Shown one piece after another: positions 1 to 9,071 of a DNA stretch of 34,001 bases. This stretch comes from Squatina squatina (lineage: Eukaryota). The first letter of the stretch is position 1. Each line of letters starts with the position of its first letter. Below the pieces are notes generated by a model. The model worked only from the letters and a program-made list of their open reading frames with translations. It made no database searches and was not told the origin of the DNA. Position numbers and translations under genes: made by a program. The stretch spans positions 14,405,217 to 14,439,217 of the forward strand of contig JARFOE010000176.1 in the NCBI GenBank assembly GCA_031763465.1, given 5' to 3'.

Positions 1-146
1 GGAAATGTGAGGTTATTCACTTTGGTAGGAAGAATAAAAAAAGCAGAATATTTTTTAAATGGTGAGAAACTATTAAATGTTGGTATTCAGAGAGATTTAG
101 GTGACCTAGTGCAAGAAACAGAGTTAGCATGCAGGTAGAGCAAGTA
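1..146 (+). mobile_element. CR1-type LINE ORF2 (RT C-terminal) fragment
   Basis: Reads KCEVIHFGRKN... then a QRDLG-like motif, typical of CR1 ORF2; decayed. Confidence 0.8.
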
Positions 147-354
147 CAGCGAGAGCGGGGATAATTGGAGCAGTGATCCAAGGCCCGAGTGTAGGGAGAG
201 GGCAGGACCAGCGGTGAGAGTGAGGATAAAAGGAGTGGCGGCTCGAGGCCCGAGAGTGGAGCGAGAGCGGGACCAGCGGCCAACATCCTCCCTTACTTTA
301 TGCACTCATTCCCGGTTTTTTTTATATTTAGGCTGGTTTCATTTCTTGTCGACC

Positions 355-540
355 CCTTGAAAGGCCGAATGGCCTGCTCCTGCCCCTATTTTTTATGTTC
401 TGTTCTATTAATAAAGCCAGGGGTCCCATATGCTTTTTTCAAACAGCCTTCTCAACTTGTCTGCCACCTTCAAAGTCTTGTGTACATACACCCACAGGTT
501 TCTCTGTTCCTGCACCCCTTTTAAAATTGTGCCAGTTAGT
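355..540. mobile_element. CR1 3' tail (+, ~355-400) abutting an inverted CR1 ORF2 fragment (-, ~405-540)
   Basis: GGCCGAATGGCCTGCTCCTG tail motif. The second part is the reverse complement of sequence seen in the CR1 copy at ~10800-10930. Confidence 0.7.
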
Positions 541-547
541 TTCAAAC

Positions 548-722
548 AAAAACATTTATGTATATAGCCCATTTAAGGCAGTAAAATGTCCCAAGGCACT
601 TCACAAGAGTATTATAAGACAAAAATTTGACACCAAGCCACATAAGGGGAAATTAGGGCAGATAGCCAAAAGCTTGGTCAAGAGGTAGGTTTTACAGGAG
701 CGTCTTAAAGGAGGAAGGAGAA
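548..722 (-). mobile_element. L2-type LINE 3' end
   Basis: Same tail as 4075-4410, 24186-24480 and 33392-34001 (ATTTGACACCAAGCCACATAAGG...GCTTGGTCAAGAGGTAGGTTTT); runs into a gap. Confidence 0.75.
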
Positions 723-822
723 NNNNNNNNNNNNNNNNNNNNNNNNNNNNNNNNNNNNNNNNNNNNNNNNNNNNNNNNNNNNNNNNNNNNNNNNNNNNNN
801 NNNNNNNNNNNNNNNNNNNNNN
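723..822. other. Assembly gap, 100 N (first of 19)
   Basis: 100-N runs start at 723, 1974, 3363, 5330, 6278, 6911, 7658, 8475, 9471, 10318, 11540, 16427, 17311, 18403, 21376, 25150, 29910, 30808 and 33292; one 10-N run at 2491-2500. Confidence 0.99.
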
Positions 823-1796
823 CCCTCTGATGGTGCAGCGCTCCCTCAGTACTGCACACCATCAGGTGAATGAGCGCAGTTTTCACACGATTGATAAAAT
901 AGGGAAGGAGACGAAGGAGACGGCGTTCCCTGTCCTGTGTCAGTGCAGCGCCTGTTTCTGGTGGGGGCTGAACGCGAGTGAGTGGCGGAGACATTCGCTG
1001 CCCCTTTCTGCACTCTGAGGAAGGAGATAAAAGTTCGCAGCTGGGAATCGGTTTGACATTCTCTCAATCAATCGGGAGAGATAATTTTTTTTAAATACCG
1101 GCACAGGAAAGACTTTGATTGCTGAGGAGAAAGTGGCGAATATGTTCCACATTCCCCCCGCACCCGCCCCCTCAACATCAAAATCAGAAGGAGCTGAGAA
1201 AGACTGAAATCAAGGCAATAATGGGCAGCACTTCACAATCAGACAAGTGCTCCTCACTCTGTAATTCCAGCATTTACAGCTGATTATAAAAGGGCCCTGA
1301 CTTATTCTGATCTTTTAAACAAGTGTTCATTTGAAAAAAAAATTACAATAATTTTGATAACAATTTTTCAGCTAATTATACTTATTTCGGGAGGGATTTA
1401 GCTCGATATTTATTTGCGGCACTCTTCGCCTGATTATGTCACCTTCTTAACTGTCGATGTGTAATTAGAACTGTTAACTTAAGACTGCGCTGATTGGGAC
1501 TCTTCAATGAGTGGGGCTTTGAAGGTGTCCCGTCAAATGCGGTTCATTCCGCCATAGGAGTGCAATATCCGGGCGGGCACCTCGATTCAAATTTCACCCT
1601 GAAATTCTGGCGCTGTGAAAAAGACCCGTGAAAGCTCGTCTATTATGTAAAGCAATGTTTGCAGACCGTAAACACAACGGTACAGTAAAGCTTGGTTTAA
1701 AGTACAGGTTGGCATCCAGTTAGTTTCAGATTTGGGTTTGGGGAGGGTGATATAAAGAAGCCCAGGAAAGCATGGAACAGGAATATAGGACGAGAC

Positions 1797-1973
1797 CCAT
1801 CTTTTGGATGAGACGTTAAAGCGAGGCCCCAGTCTGCCCTCTCAGCTGGATGTAAGTGATTTTATGGCACTATTTCGAAGAAGAGCAGGGGAGTTCCCAC
1901 TGGTGACCTGGCCCAATGTTTATCCCTCAATCAACATAACAAAAAACAGATTACCCGGTCATTATCACATTGC
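1797..1973 (+). mobile_element. Deu-domain SINE (SacSINE1/AmnSINE1-like) fragment
   Basis: GGATGAGACGTTAAA...ATGGCACTATTTCGAAGAAGAGCAGGGG...GGCCCAATGTTTATCCCTCAA core, with related copies at 5430, 6745 and 30010. Confidence 0.85.
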
Positions 1974-2073
1974 NNNNNNNNNNNNNNNNNNNNNNNNNNN
2001 NNNNNNNNNNNNNNNNNNNNNNNNNNNNNNNNNNNNNNNNNNNNNNNNNNNNNNNNNNNNNNNNNNNNNNNNN

Positions 2074-2343
2074 CCAATGGCTGAACGGTCCATAATGAGA
2101 GAGCACACATTTAAGGTGACTGGCAAAAGAACCAGAGACAACATGAGGAAAAACTTTTTTTTTTTAATTAGTGGTTAGGATTTGCCTGATTGAGTGGTGG
2201 ATACAGATTCAACAGTAACCTTCAAAAGGGAATTGGATAAATATTTGAAAGAGAAAAAATTGCAGGGATACGGGGAAGAGCCGGTGCAGACTCGATGGGC
2301 CGAATGACCTCCTTATGTTCTGTACTATTCTATGATTCTATGA
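2074..2343 (+). mobile_element. CR1 LINE 3' end
   Basis: TTCAAAAGGGAATTGGATAAATA...GATGGGCCGAATG tail ending in the 8-bp repeat (ATTCTATG)2 at 2327-2342. Confidence 0.85.
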
Positions 2344-2605
2344 ACAGCATATTGGTGTCATACCACATCTTCTTTCCGACACTTCTCGTGAGTCACATAT
2401 AGCCAGGAGCAGTTCTGTTTCTGTACTTCAGTGTGATCGGAGCCCTAAACAAATCACAAGCGCATGATAAATTAGATAATTCAGTCGATCNNNNNNNNNN
2501 CATACAGTAACCTGCCAGGTCAATCCCTGTCAAACAACAACTGCCAGCATTGATTTTATAGATAAAAGAGTAGTTTGGTTAACAGTAGCTGACTCGAAGC
2601 ATCTT

Positions 2606-2662
2606 GGTGTCAGCCGTGGCTGAGTCGGGAGCACTCTCCACTCTGGTCAGAAGGTTGTCAGT
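2606..2662 (+). mobile_element. tRNA-derived SINE head, truncated
   Basis: GTGTCAGCCGTGGCTGAGTCGGGAGCACTCTC...TCAGAAGGTTGT with an A-box-like TGGCTGAGTCGG; the B-box is lost. Confidence 0.6.
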
Positions 2663-2666
2663 TTTT

Positions 2667-2948
2667 CTTATCCCTCCATGGCCTCGCCCCCTTCCCTATC
2701 TCTGTAACCTCCTCCAGCCCTACATCCCTTCAAGATCTCTACGTTCCCCCAGCGCTGGCCTCTTAGCAGCCGTGCCTTCAGCTCTGGAATTCCCTCCCTG
2801 CATATCTCTCTCTCTCACACAAAGTGCTTGGTTCCCTGTCCTGATGTCTCCTTATGTGGCACGGGGTCAATCTTTTGGTCTGGTAATGCTCCTGTGAAGC
2901 ACCTTGGGGCGTTTTGTGACCTTAAAGGCACTAGATAAAGGCAAGTTA
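2667..2948 (+). mobile_element. L2-type LINE 3' end
   Basis: TCCCTCCATGGCCTCGCC...CTCTGGAATTCCCTCCC...GCTCCTGTGAAGCACCTTGG; reverse complement of the family at 33392-33730. Confidence 0.8.
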
Positions 2949-3529
2949 TAGATTACAAATTGTTTTAAAGGACCGATAAAATAGAATTTTTTACTGTAAA
3001 TTGTTTAAAGGATTTATATGTAGTAACAGGAGCATAAAGTAAAATGGCACTTAGTTTGAAGTCATATGGTTTGATTGTGAAGTTCTAATGTTTGTCACAG
3101 TTCACTGATGCCCAGTGCCTGAAAACATAAGTGGCGCCAATGGTTAAGTGGAATACCCCATACAACAGCAGTTGTATATTTGTAAAATAACACTGGCTGA
3201 AATATGTTTCAAGGACACATCTGAGTTTCAAATAACCTCAATCAATAAATAAATAGGGTTATCGTTTGTGATTTCATTTTTACCACTTGGATGTGTTCAT
3301 GTTTTGTAACCCGCAGCAGTCTGTGTGTAATCCTGTATGTATTACTGTGCGTCCTGCAGAATNNNNNNNNNNNNNNNNNNNNNNNNNNNNNNNNNNNNNN
3401 NNNNNNNNNNNNNNNNNNNNNNNNNNNNNNNNNNNNNNNNNNNNNNNNNNNNNNNNNNNNNNCAACAACAAAATCCTCCCTCTCCTGCTTCAAGTTGTTA
3501 TTGAGGAAATGTGATTAACACTGGCAACA

Positions 3530-4035
3530 TAGCCTTTGGGGCTCCTGGTCAGGGCTGAAAAGGACAGTGTCTATCATCCTGTCTATTCTATCAATAACCC
3601 ATTCCATTTCACTCCCCCTAATTGAATATCCTCCTGTATCAGAGTGCTGTGGTCAATTGCCCTGCAGTCTTCATTCTTATCCACACCAGTACCAAGTTCC
3701 TCATACCTGGTGAACAAGGGCAAAGGCTGAGACTCCTCTCTCACTGCATCTGAGTTCCAATTACCTGCCTTACTCGCAGTCACGTCAACCTGTCACTGAA
3801 CACTTACCAAATCTAAATCACTACCAAACATAAGGGGTATGACTGCCTCTTGGGTCAAAATGTTCAGGTGTCTCTCTCTCTCCTCCCTGAGGCACGGAAT
3901 GTCCGCACCTCAGACTCCCGCTCAAAACCTCTGGAGTGATTTTCCTCAAGTTGCAGCCACTTATTGCAGATGTGGTGGCCAGGGATCATGCTGCTCTGCA
4001 CAACATTCCTCAGGCTGCAGATACGGTCAATGGAC
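3530..4035 (-). mobile_element. Decayed CR1 ORF1 remnant
   Basis: Minus strand reads HICNKWLQLEE (zinc-finger/leucine-zipper-like) and PLFTRYEEL (similar to the LxNRFExL motif). Confidence 0.55.
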
Positions 4036-4074
4036 ACAAAAGGCTAGAGAGAAGATATGACATAACATAACAAG

Positions 4075-4410
4075 AGCAATTGCATTTATATAGCAACGTT
4101 AACATAGTTAAATGTTCAACGAGAGGAAAGTCAGTTAAAGATTGACACCAAGCCAGAGAAGGATGCATTTGGACAGGCGGCCAAACACTTGTTCATAGAG
4201 GTAGGTTTTATGCAGAGTCTTAAAGGAGGAGAGGGAGGTTTAGGGAGGGAATTCCGGAGCTTAGGGCCCAGGCTGAAGGCATAGCGGCCAGTGGTGGAGC
4301 GATGAAAATCAGGATGTGCAAGAGGCCAGAATTGGAGGAGTGCAGAGATCTCGGAGGGTTGTAGGGCTGGAGGGATTTGAACACAAGGATGAGAATTTTT
4401 GAATCAAGGC
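4075..4410 (-). mobile_element. L2-type LINE 3' end
   Basis: TTGCATTTATATAGC...AGGGAGGGAATTCC...AAGAGGCCAGAATTGGAGGAGTGCAGAGATCTCGGAGGG, shared with 24186-24480. Confidence 0.8.
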
Positions 4411-5267
4411 CAAAGTCCTTCCAGGACTTAAATACTGTTCCCGTCTGTGGAGAGCTTTATTTGATCTCTTTCTTGCACTTTTCAACAGAAACATAGGCTC
4501 CAAGTTCCCCCATTTCTCCTACATCTTCAGGCTTTTACAACCCAAACTTGCTTTCATGGTTTACCTCCTCTACTCTCCTACTTTTTCAACCTGCACTAAG
4601 GGCCTTGCCTCTTCCCATTGGTTTCTCAATAAAAACGCATATGATGCAATAGAAAGAAGGTTTATCTAACGAATTCCATACAAGTTCAGATTGCTGGATG
4701 CGGTTTATAACACGGTCCTCCAGACTCATGTGTTTTGTGTTGTAATGAAATTTATTAAAGCAAGTGATACACTGTGGAAGAATCACATGCTGCAGGGAGT
4801 CGAGACTAAGTAGAGCCTTCAGGTGAATCGTGGTTAAAGAATGGGGGATAATTGAACCAGGGTATGCAAATGTAATTCAGTCCCCATTTTCTGTCATTTT
4901 TAAATAATACTTCTAAATTCATATTATTTATAGTTAAATTTCAAAACTTGGGGCACGTAGAAAAGCAGAGTTGGTTGGAGCATTGGAATTCCTGTACAGG
5001 ATGAGAAGCTGGGAGCCATAAAACGGGGGGCACTTCAGTGCCACCACCGGTGGGAGGGTATAATTATATGGTGACGGGTTTACATAGGCAATTCTCATTA
5101 TAAATGTCACAGAGGAACTTCTAGCGGAAAAAAGTTAGTACACACAGATTACAAAATACATTTTGTGGTATGTTCTATAATCAATAAATTGCAAAGCTTG
5201 TAAATACTTGAACAAATTTAAAAGTGAAACTCTTGTCAATAAATGTGTCCTTTTTGTTCCGAGAGAG

Positions 5268-5329
5268 AAAGGGGACCGTGTTTTTACAAGTGGAACCATC
5301 ACTGGTGGTTATGCGCAGTATACCATCGC
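5268..5329 (+). CDS. CRYZ: Zeta-crystallin / quinone oxidoreductase, 5' part of an internal exon cut by a gap
   Basis: [20 protein letters not shown](A) against recalled human CRYZ [21 protein letters not shown]; preceded by a pyrimidine tract and AG. Confidence 0.88.
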
Positions 5330-5429
5330 NNNNNNNNNNNNNNNNNNNNNNNNNNNNNNNNNNNNNNNNNNNNNNNNNNNNNNNNNNNNNNNNNNNNNNN
5401 NNNNNNNNNNNNNNNNNNNNNNNNNNNNN

Positions 5430-5694
5430 CGGCACTGTCGGATGTGCTATCTTTCAGATGAGACGTTAAACCGAGATCCCATCTGCTCTCTCAGGTGGCT
5501 GTAAAAGATCCTACAGCACTATTTCGAAGAAGAGCAGGTGACTTATCCCTGGTATGCTGGCAAATATTTATCTCTCAATCAACATAACACAAACAGAATA
5601 TCTGGTCCTTATCACATTGCTGTTTGTGGAAGCTTGCAGTACACAAATTGGCTGCTGCGTTTTCTACTTTGCAACAGGGACTACACTTCAAAAC
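5430..5694 (+). mobile_element. Deu-domain SINE
   Basis: CTTTCAGATGAGACGTTAAACCGAG...ATCACATTGCTGTTTGTGG...GACTACACTTCAAAA. Confidence 0.87.
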
Positions 5695-5696
5695 TA

Positions 5697-5976
5697 GGGG
5701 GCCGAAATTGGCCTCCTTTAATATCCCATTAGCACATCCAAGGGGCGCTAATGGGACGTTTAAAAAAAAGGCGTCAGGAGACGGCCATGTCGCCTCCTCC
5801 GAAATTCAGCTGGGGCGCAAAGGCCTTTGCACCTGCCCAGCTGAATTTCGTAGTGGGTCGGTGCATGACATCATCAAGACGCATGCCAACCCACACCGCA
5901 CAGCTGCAGCACCCTCAGCACTCCATACCGCGGCAGAAGTGAGGCGAAGCGGTGTCTGCTGTAGAATTCGGGCCAG
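5697..5976. mobile_element. MITE-like element with several internal hairpins
   Basis: Starts after TA with GGGGGCCGAAATTG and ends in the imperfect inverse GAATTCGGGCC. Internal inverted repeats at 5724-5733/5747-5756 and 5800-5814/5836-5850. Confidence 0.55.
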
Positions 5977-6397
5977 AATTCTCATTTTTGCCCACAAAGA
6001 GAGTGGACACTAAAATGGTGGTTTAGTTTTCTCAACGAGGACACTGTAACTGAGAAACAGACAGATAGGCTTCTTTAAAACCACAAAAGCTTTTATTAAA
6101 CATACAGCAAAAAGTTCAGCATAAACCAACGCCTTTCAGATGCAAGGCATACGCATCAAAAGGGAAGAAGGGACACACCCTTTTACATAACCCAGACCAT
6201 GCAGTGGTGAAAAACATTGTAAGCTAAATGGGTTCTGGAGATAACCCATTGTCAGCACCCATTCTCACCTGATCCAGNNNNNNNNNNNNNNNNNNNNNNN
6301 NNNNNNNNNNNNNNNNNNNNNNNNNNNNNNNNNNNNNNNNNNNNNNNNNNNNNNNNNNNNNNNNNNNNNNNNNNNNNCTCTGCTTTTTACTGCACAG

Positions 6398-6481
6398 ATC
6401 CACTAATAATCTTATATTGGCGATAAGAACATTTTTTTCTGCATTAATGTGGCTTCTGGATAAACGAGTCAAAGATACAGA
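6398..6481 (+). CDS. Candidate 84-nt internal exon, gene unknown
   Basis: ctttttactgcacAG acceptor, GTGAGC donor, open phase 2-2 frame STNNLILAIRTFFSALMWLLDKRVKDT; no homolog recognised. Confidence 0.35.
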
Positions 6482-6633
6482 GTGAGCTAGTTAGTGGATC
6501 ATGGCTGGAATAGATCCACAGGTTTTGTAAAGTTACTGGTTTATGTTCTATGAAGAATGCTACAACTGTAGAAACTGCTGAAGACATGAAAGTAAATATG
6601 CAGCTGTTCAGTGTATTGCAGGTCTAACATATA

Positions 6634-6695
6634 GGGGCAATTTTAACCCCACTCGCTCAGCAGAAACCTGGCAGGTGGGCAGTTAAAATCGCCCC
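6634..6695. mobile_element. 62-bp hairpin / mini-MITE
   Basis: GGGGCAATTTTAAC (6634-6647) pairs with GTTAAAATCGCCCC (6682-6695) at 13 of 14 positions; preceded by TA. Confidence 0.6.
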
Positions 6696-6744
6696 CGCCA
6701 TGTCATTTGGGAATGAACTCTTAAATGTTCACCCCCATCACAAT

Positions 6745-6910
6745 CTTTCAGGTGAGATGTTAACTGAGGCCCTGTCTGCCCTCCCAGCTGGTCGTAACAG
6801 ATCCCATGGCAATATTCAAAGAAGAGCAGGGGTGTTCTCCCTGGTGTCCTGGGCCAATATTTATCCCTCATCCAACATCACTAAAATTGTGGTTATCTGG
6901 TCATTTATCT
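6745..6910 (+). mobile_element. Deu-domain SINE fragment
   Basis: CTTTCAGGTGAGATGTTAACTGAGGCCCTGTCTGCC...GATCCCATGGCA...GAAGAGCAGGGG. Confidence 0.8.
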
Positions 6911-7010
6911 NNNNNNNNNNNNNNNNNNNNNNNNNNNNNNNNNNNNNNNNNNNNNNNNNNNNNNNNNNNNNNNNNNNNNNNNNNNNNNNNNNNNNNNNNN
7001 NNNNNNNNNN

Positions 7011-7082
7011 CTGACCTGCTGAGTTTTTCTAGCAATTTTTGTTTGTATTCTAGATTCCAGCATCCGCAGTATTTCGCTTTTG
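7011..7082 (+). mobile_element. Penelope-like terminal repeat remnant
   Basis: CTGACCTGCTGAG...TTCCAGCATCCGCAGTATTTCGCTTTTG, a motif I recognise as abundant in shark genomes; family assignment is from memory. Confidence 0.55.
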
Positions 7083-7104
7083 TATAACAGAAGAAGGCAC
7101 CAAC

Positions 7105-7425
7105 CTGTGGAGATATGGGGAGATGAATAAAGAAATCTGGACTTAAAGCTTTGAATTGGTTACTTTTCGGCCAGTACTCAATAACCTCTTCATCTGCAAT
7201 GACAAAGTTGTCCAACACTTTGAGAGTCCAGATTTTGTTGACGATGTTATGCCGATACTTTGGTACAAGGCTCACCGGGGTGTCGAACAGGGTGAGAACA
7301 ACGAGGCTTGGGCAGGAAAAGAGAGGCGTGATACTGTTCAGGTCTCCAATGATGTTGTCATGGAGATATAGGACCTGCAGATACTTCATATCAGACCAAA
7401 AGTATTCATCTGGGAGTTCACTGAT
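7105..7425 (-). CDS. LRRIQ3: Leucine-rich repeat and IQ domain protein 3, 321-nt internal exon (107 codons)
   Basis: ttatcAG acceptor and GTTGGT donor. ISELPDEYFWSDMKYLQVLYLHDN...LTLFDTPVSL..KYRH.IVN.IWTLKVLDNFVIADEEVI resembles recalled human LYLHDN...LTMFDCPVSL..GYRHVLVNSIWPLKALDHHVISDEEII. Confidence 0.88.
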
Positions 7426-7471
7426 CTGATAATCATGAAAAACAAATTATATTAGTACATCATCGCCATTC

Positions 7472-7583
7472 ACAGGGCTGTGGTGAAAAAGTGGGAGAGT
7501 GGGACAATTTGGAGAGCTCTTATAAAGAGCTGGCACAGGCACAATGGGCCAAATGGCCTTCTTCCATGCTCTATCATTCTATG
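7472..7583 (+). mobile_element. CR1 3' tail
   Basis: GAGTGGGACAATTTGGAGAGCTCT...GAGCTGGCACAGGCACAATGGGCCAAATGGCC...ATTCTATG. Confidence 0.75.
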
Positions 7584-7757
7584 CTAATTATATATGACAC
7601 TGCCGTAAAAGAACCTCATCTGAAGGCATAATGCTGCTTGATCTGAAGAATCACTCANNNNNNNNNNNNNNNNNNNNNNNNNNNNNNNNNNNNNNNNNNN
7701 NNNNNNNNNNNNNNNNNNNNNNNNNNNNNNNNNNNNNNNNNNNNNNNNNNNNNNNNN

Positions 7758-7922
7758 AACAGTGACTTTCAAAAGGGAATTGGAGAAACACTTGAAGGGG
7801 AAAGATTTGCAGGGCTCTGGGGAAAGAGCGGGGGAGTGGGACTAATTGGATCGCTCTTTCACAGAGCCGGCACAGGCTCGATGCGCCGAATGGCCTCCTC
7901 CTGTGCTGTCTGATTTGATGAT
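7758..7922 (+). mobile_element. CR1 3' end
   Basis: TTCAAAAGGGAATTGG...GGGAGTGGGACTAATTGGATCGCTCTTTCACAGAGCCGGCACAGG. Confidence 0.85.
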
Positions 7923-8098
7923 TGGAGAATCTAGGCTTCAGTGTGCAAGCTGATAGGTGAAGACTGCCCTCACGTAGGTGAGGTTATCAGAAGGACACAG
8001 GTGCCCAGCAAGGAGTCGGCACCTTCGGAAGGAGAAGAAAGGCAAGAAAATTGATGGGAAAAAGGGATTTTAAGTAAAAATGTGCCATTTCCCGTCAG

Positions 8099-8207
8099 AT
8101 GAATGGAAGAAGAAAGTAAGTGAATCTTACGCTGTGGTGATGGAGAAACTCGAGGATGATCTGTGTATTAAAGACAGCGAGCTTCTCGAACTCAAGCACG
8201 TCTTCAG
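8099..8207 (+). CDS. TNNI3K: TNNI3-interacting kinase, 109-nt N-terminal coding exon
   Basis: tttcccgtcAG acceptor and GTGAGG donor. (D)[35 protein letters not shown] against recalled human [36 protein letters not shown]. Missing from the ORF track because it is short. Confidence 0.93.
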
Positions 8208-8289
8208 GTGAGGATGAAAAGGCGGACAATGTTTCGAATTTCTTCTGAGTTTTTAAGAATCAGATGTCATCCCTGGTTATCTTGCCGTT

Positions 8290-8474
8290 CCATTTGACCC
8301 TGAGTTGAGCTTCTGACCCCATATCCTCCCCAACCTCAAAGACCGTCTCCTACCACCTTCTTAATATCATCAGTCTCCGCCCCTGTCTCAGCTCATCATA
8401 TGCTGAAACCCTCATCCATGCCTTTGTTACCTCCAGACTCGACTATTCCGACACTCTCCTGACCAGCCTCACAT
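8290..8474 (+). mobile_element. L2-type LINE ORF2 C-terminal fragment
   Basis: Encodes AETLIHAFVTSRLDYS, a typical L2 motif. Confidence 0.85.
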
Positions 8475-9071
8475 NNNNNNNNNNNNNNNNNNNNNNNNNN
8501 NNNNNNNNNNNNNNNNNNNNNNNNNNNNNNNNNNNNNNNNNNNNNNNNNNNNNNNNNNNNNNNNNNNNNNNNNNGTCCACTGAGATCTGTCGCGGGAGGC
8601 ATCTCATTTCCCCACTCGGTATCTCAGGAGGCCATCGAATGGCTAGCCAAACTCGACAGTCCATTAAAAACCTTTCCCGCCATATGAAACAACAACTATT
8701 GGCCCTCTCAAAATCTTTCAGAATTCTTTCTGTTCCAGTGAGAAATTCTTTCTTAGCTCAACTAATTCATCTAAACTGGGACTTGAAACCTATGCCTTTC
8801 CTCGTCTGTATTCTAATTAAGGATTTCAAGGAACTAATCAGAGCAAATCTTGAACACTCTCGAAACTCCAAACTTTTAACTCGGTCCCATTACTGTATAA
8901 TTTAAATACAACATGTGATATGTTACAGCCTTTTGTTTTTCCTATTTTTGAACAAACTGCAGGTACTGTGCAGAGCTCAAATTAGGGTTCTGAAAATGTA
9001 TCTTTTCTGATGTCATCACTACAGGATTGTCAGAAACGGCTGTGCAGTAATGCTAGGGAAATTCCACAGCT

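Noticed and set aside
1227-1252. miRNA hairpin (AGCACTT/AAGTGCT, miR-430/302-type seed); similar small stems near 25985-26025
   Set aside because: Stems are only 6-7 bp, far short of a pre-miRNA.
2606-2662. tRNA gene
   Set aside because: Only an A-box-like half is present, with no T-arm or acceptor stem; it matches a SINE head.
4489-4670. Exon after the strong pyrimidine tract ending ttcaacAG at 4488
   Set aside because: Two frames stay open for about 55-60 codons but neither resembles a known protein, and there is no clear donor or other support.
5029-5053. Iron-responsive element or CTCF site at GGCACTTCAGTGCCACCACCGGTGG
   Set aside because: CAGTGC is not closed by a 5-bp stem, the CTCF core spacing is off, and the site is intronic. 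Only a 6-bp palindrome remains.
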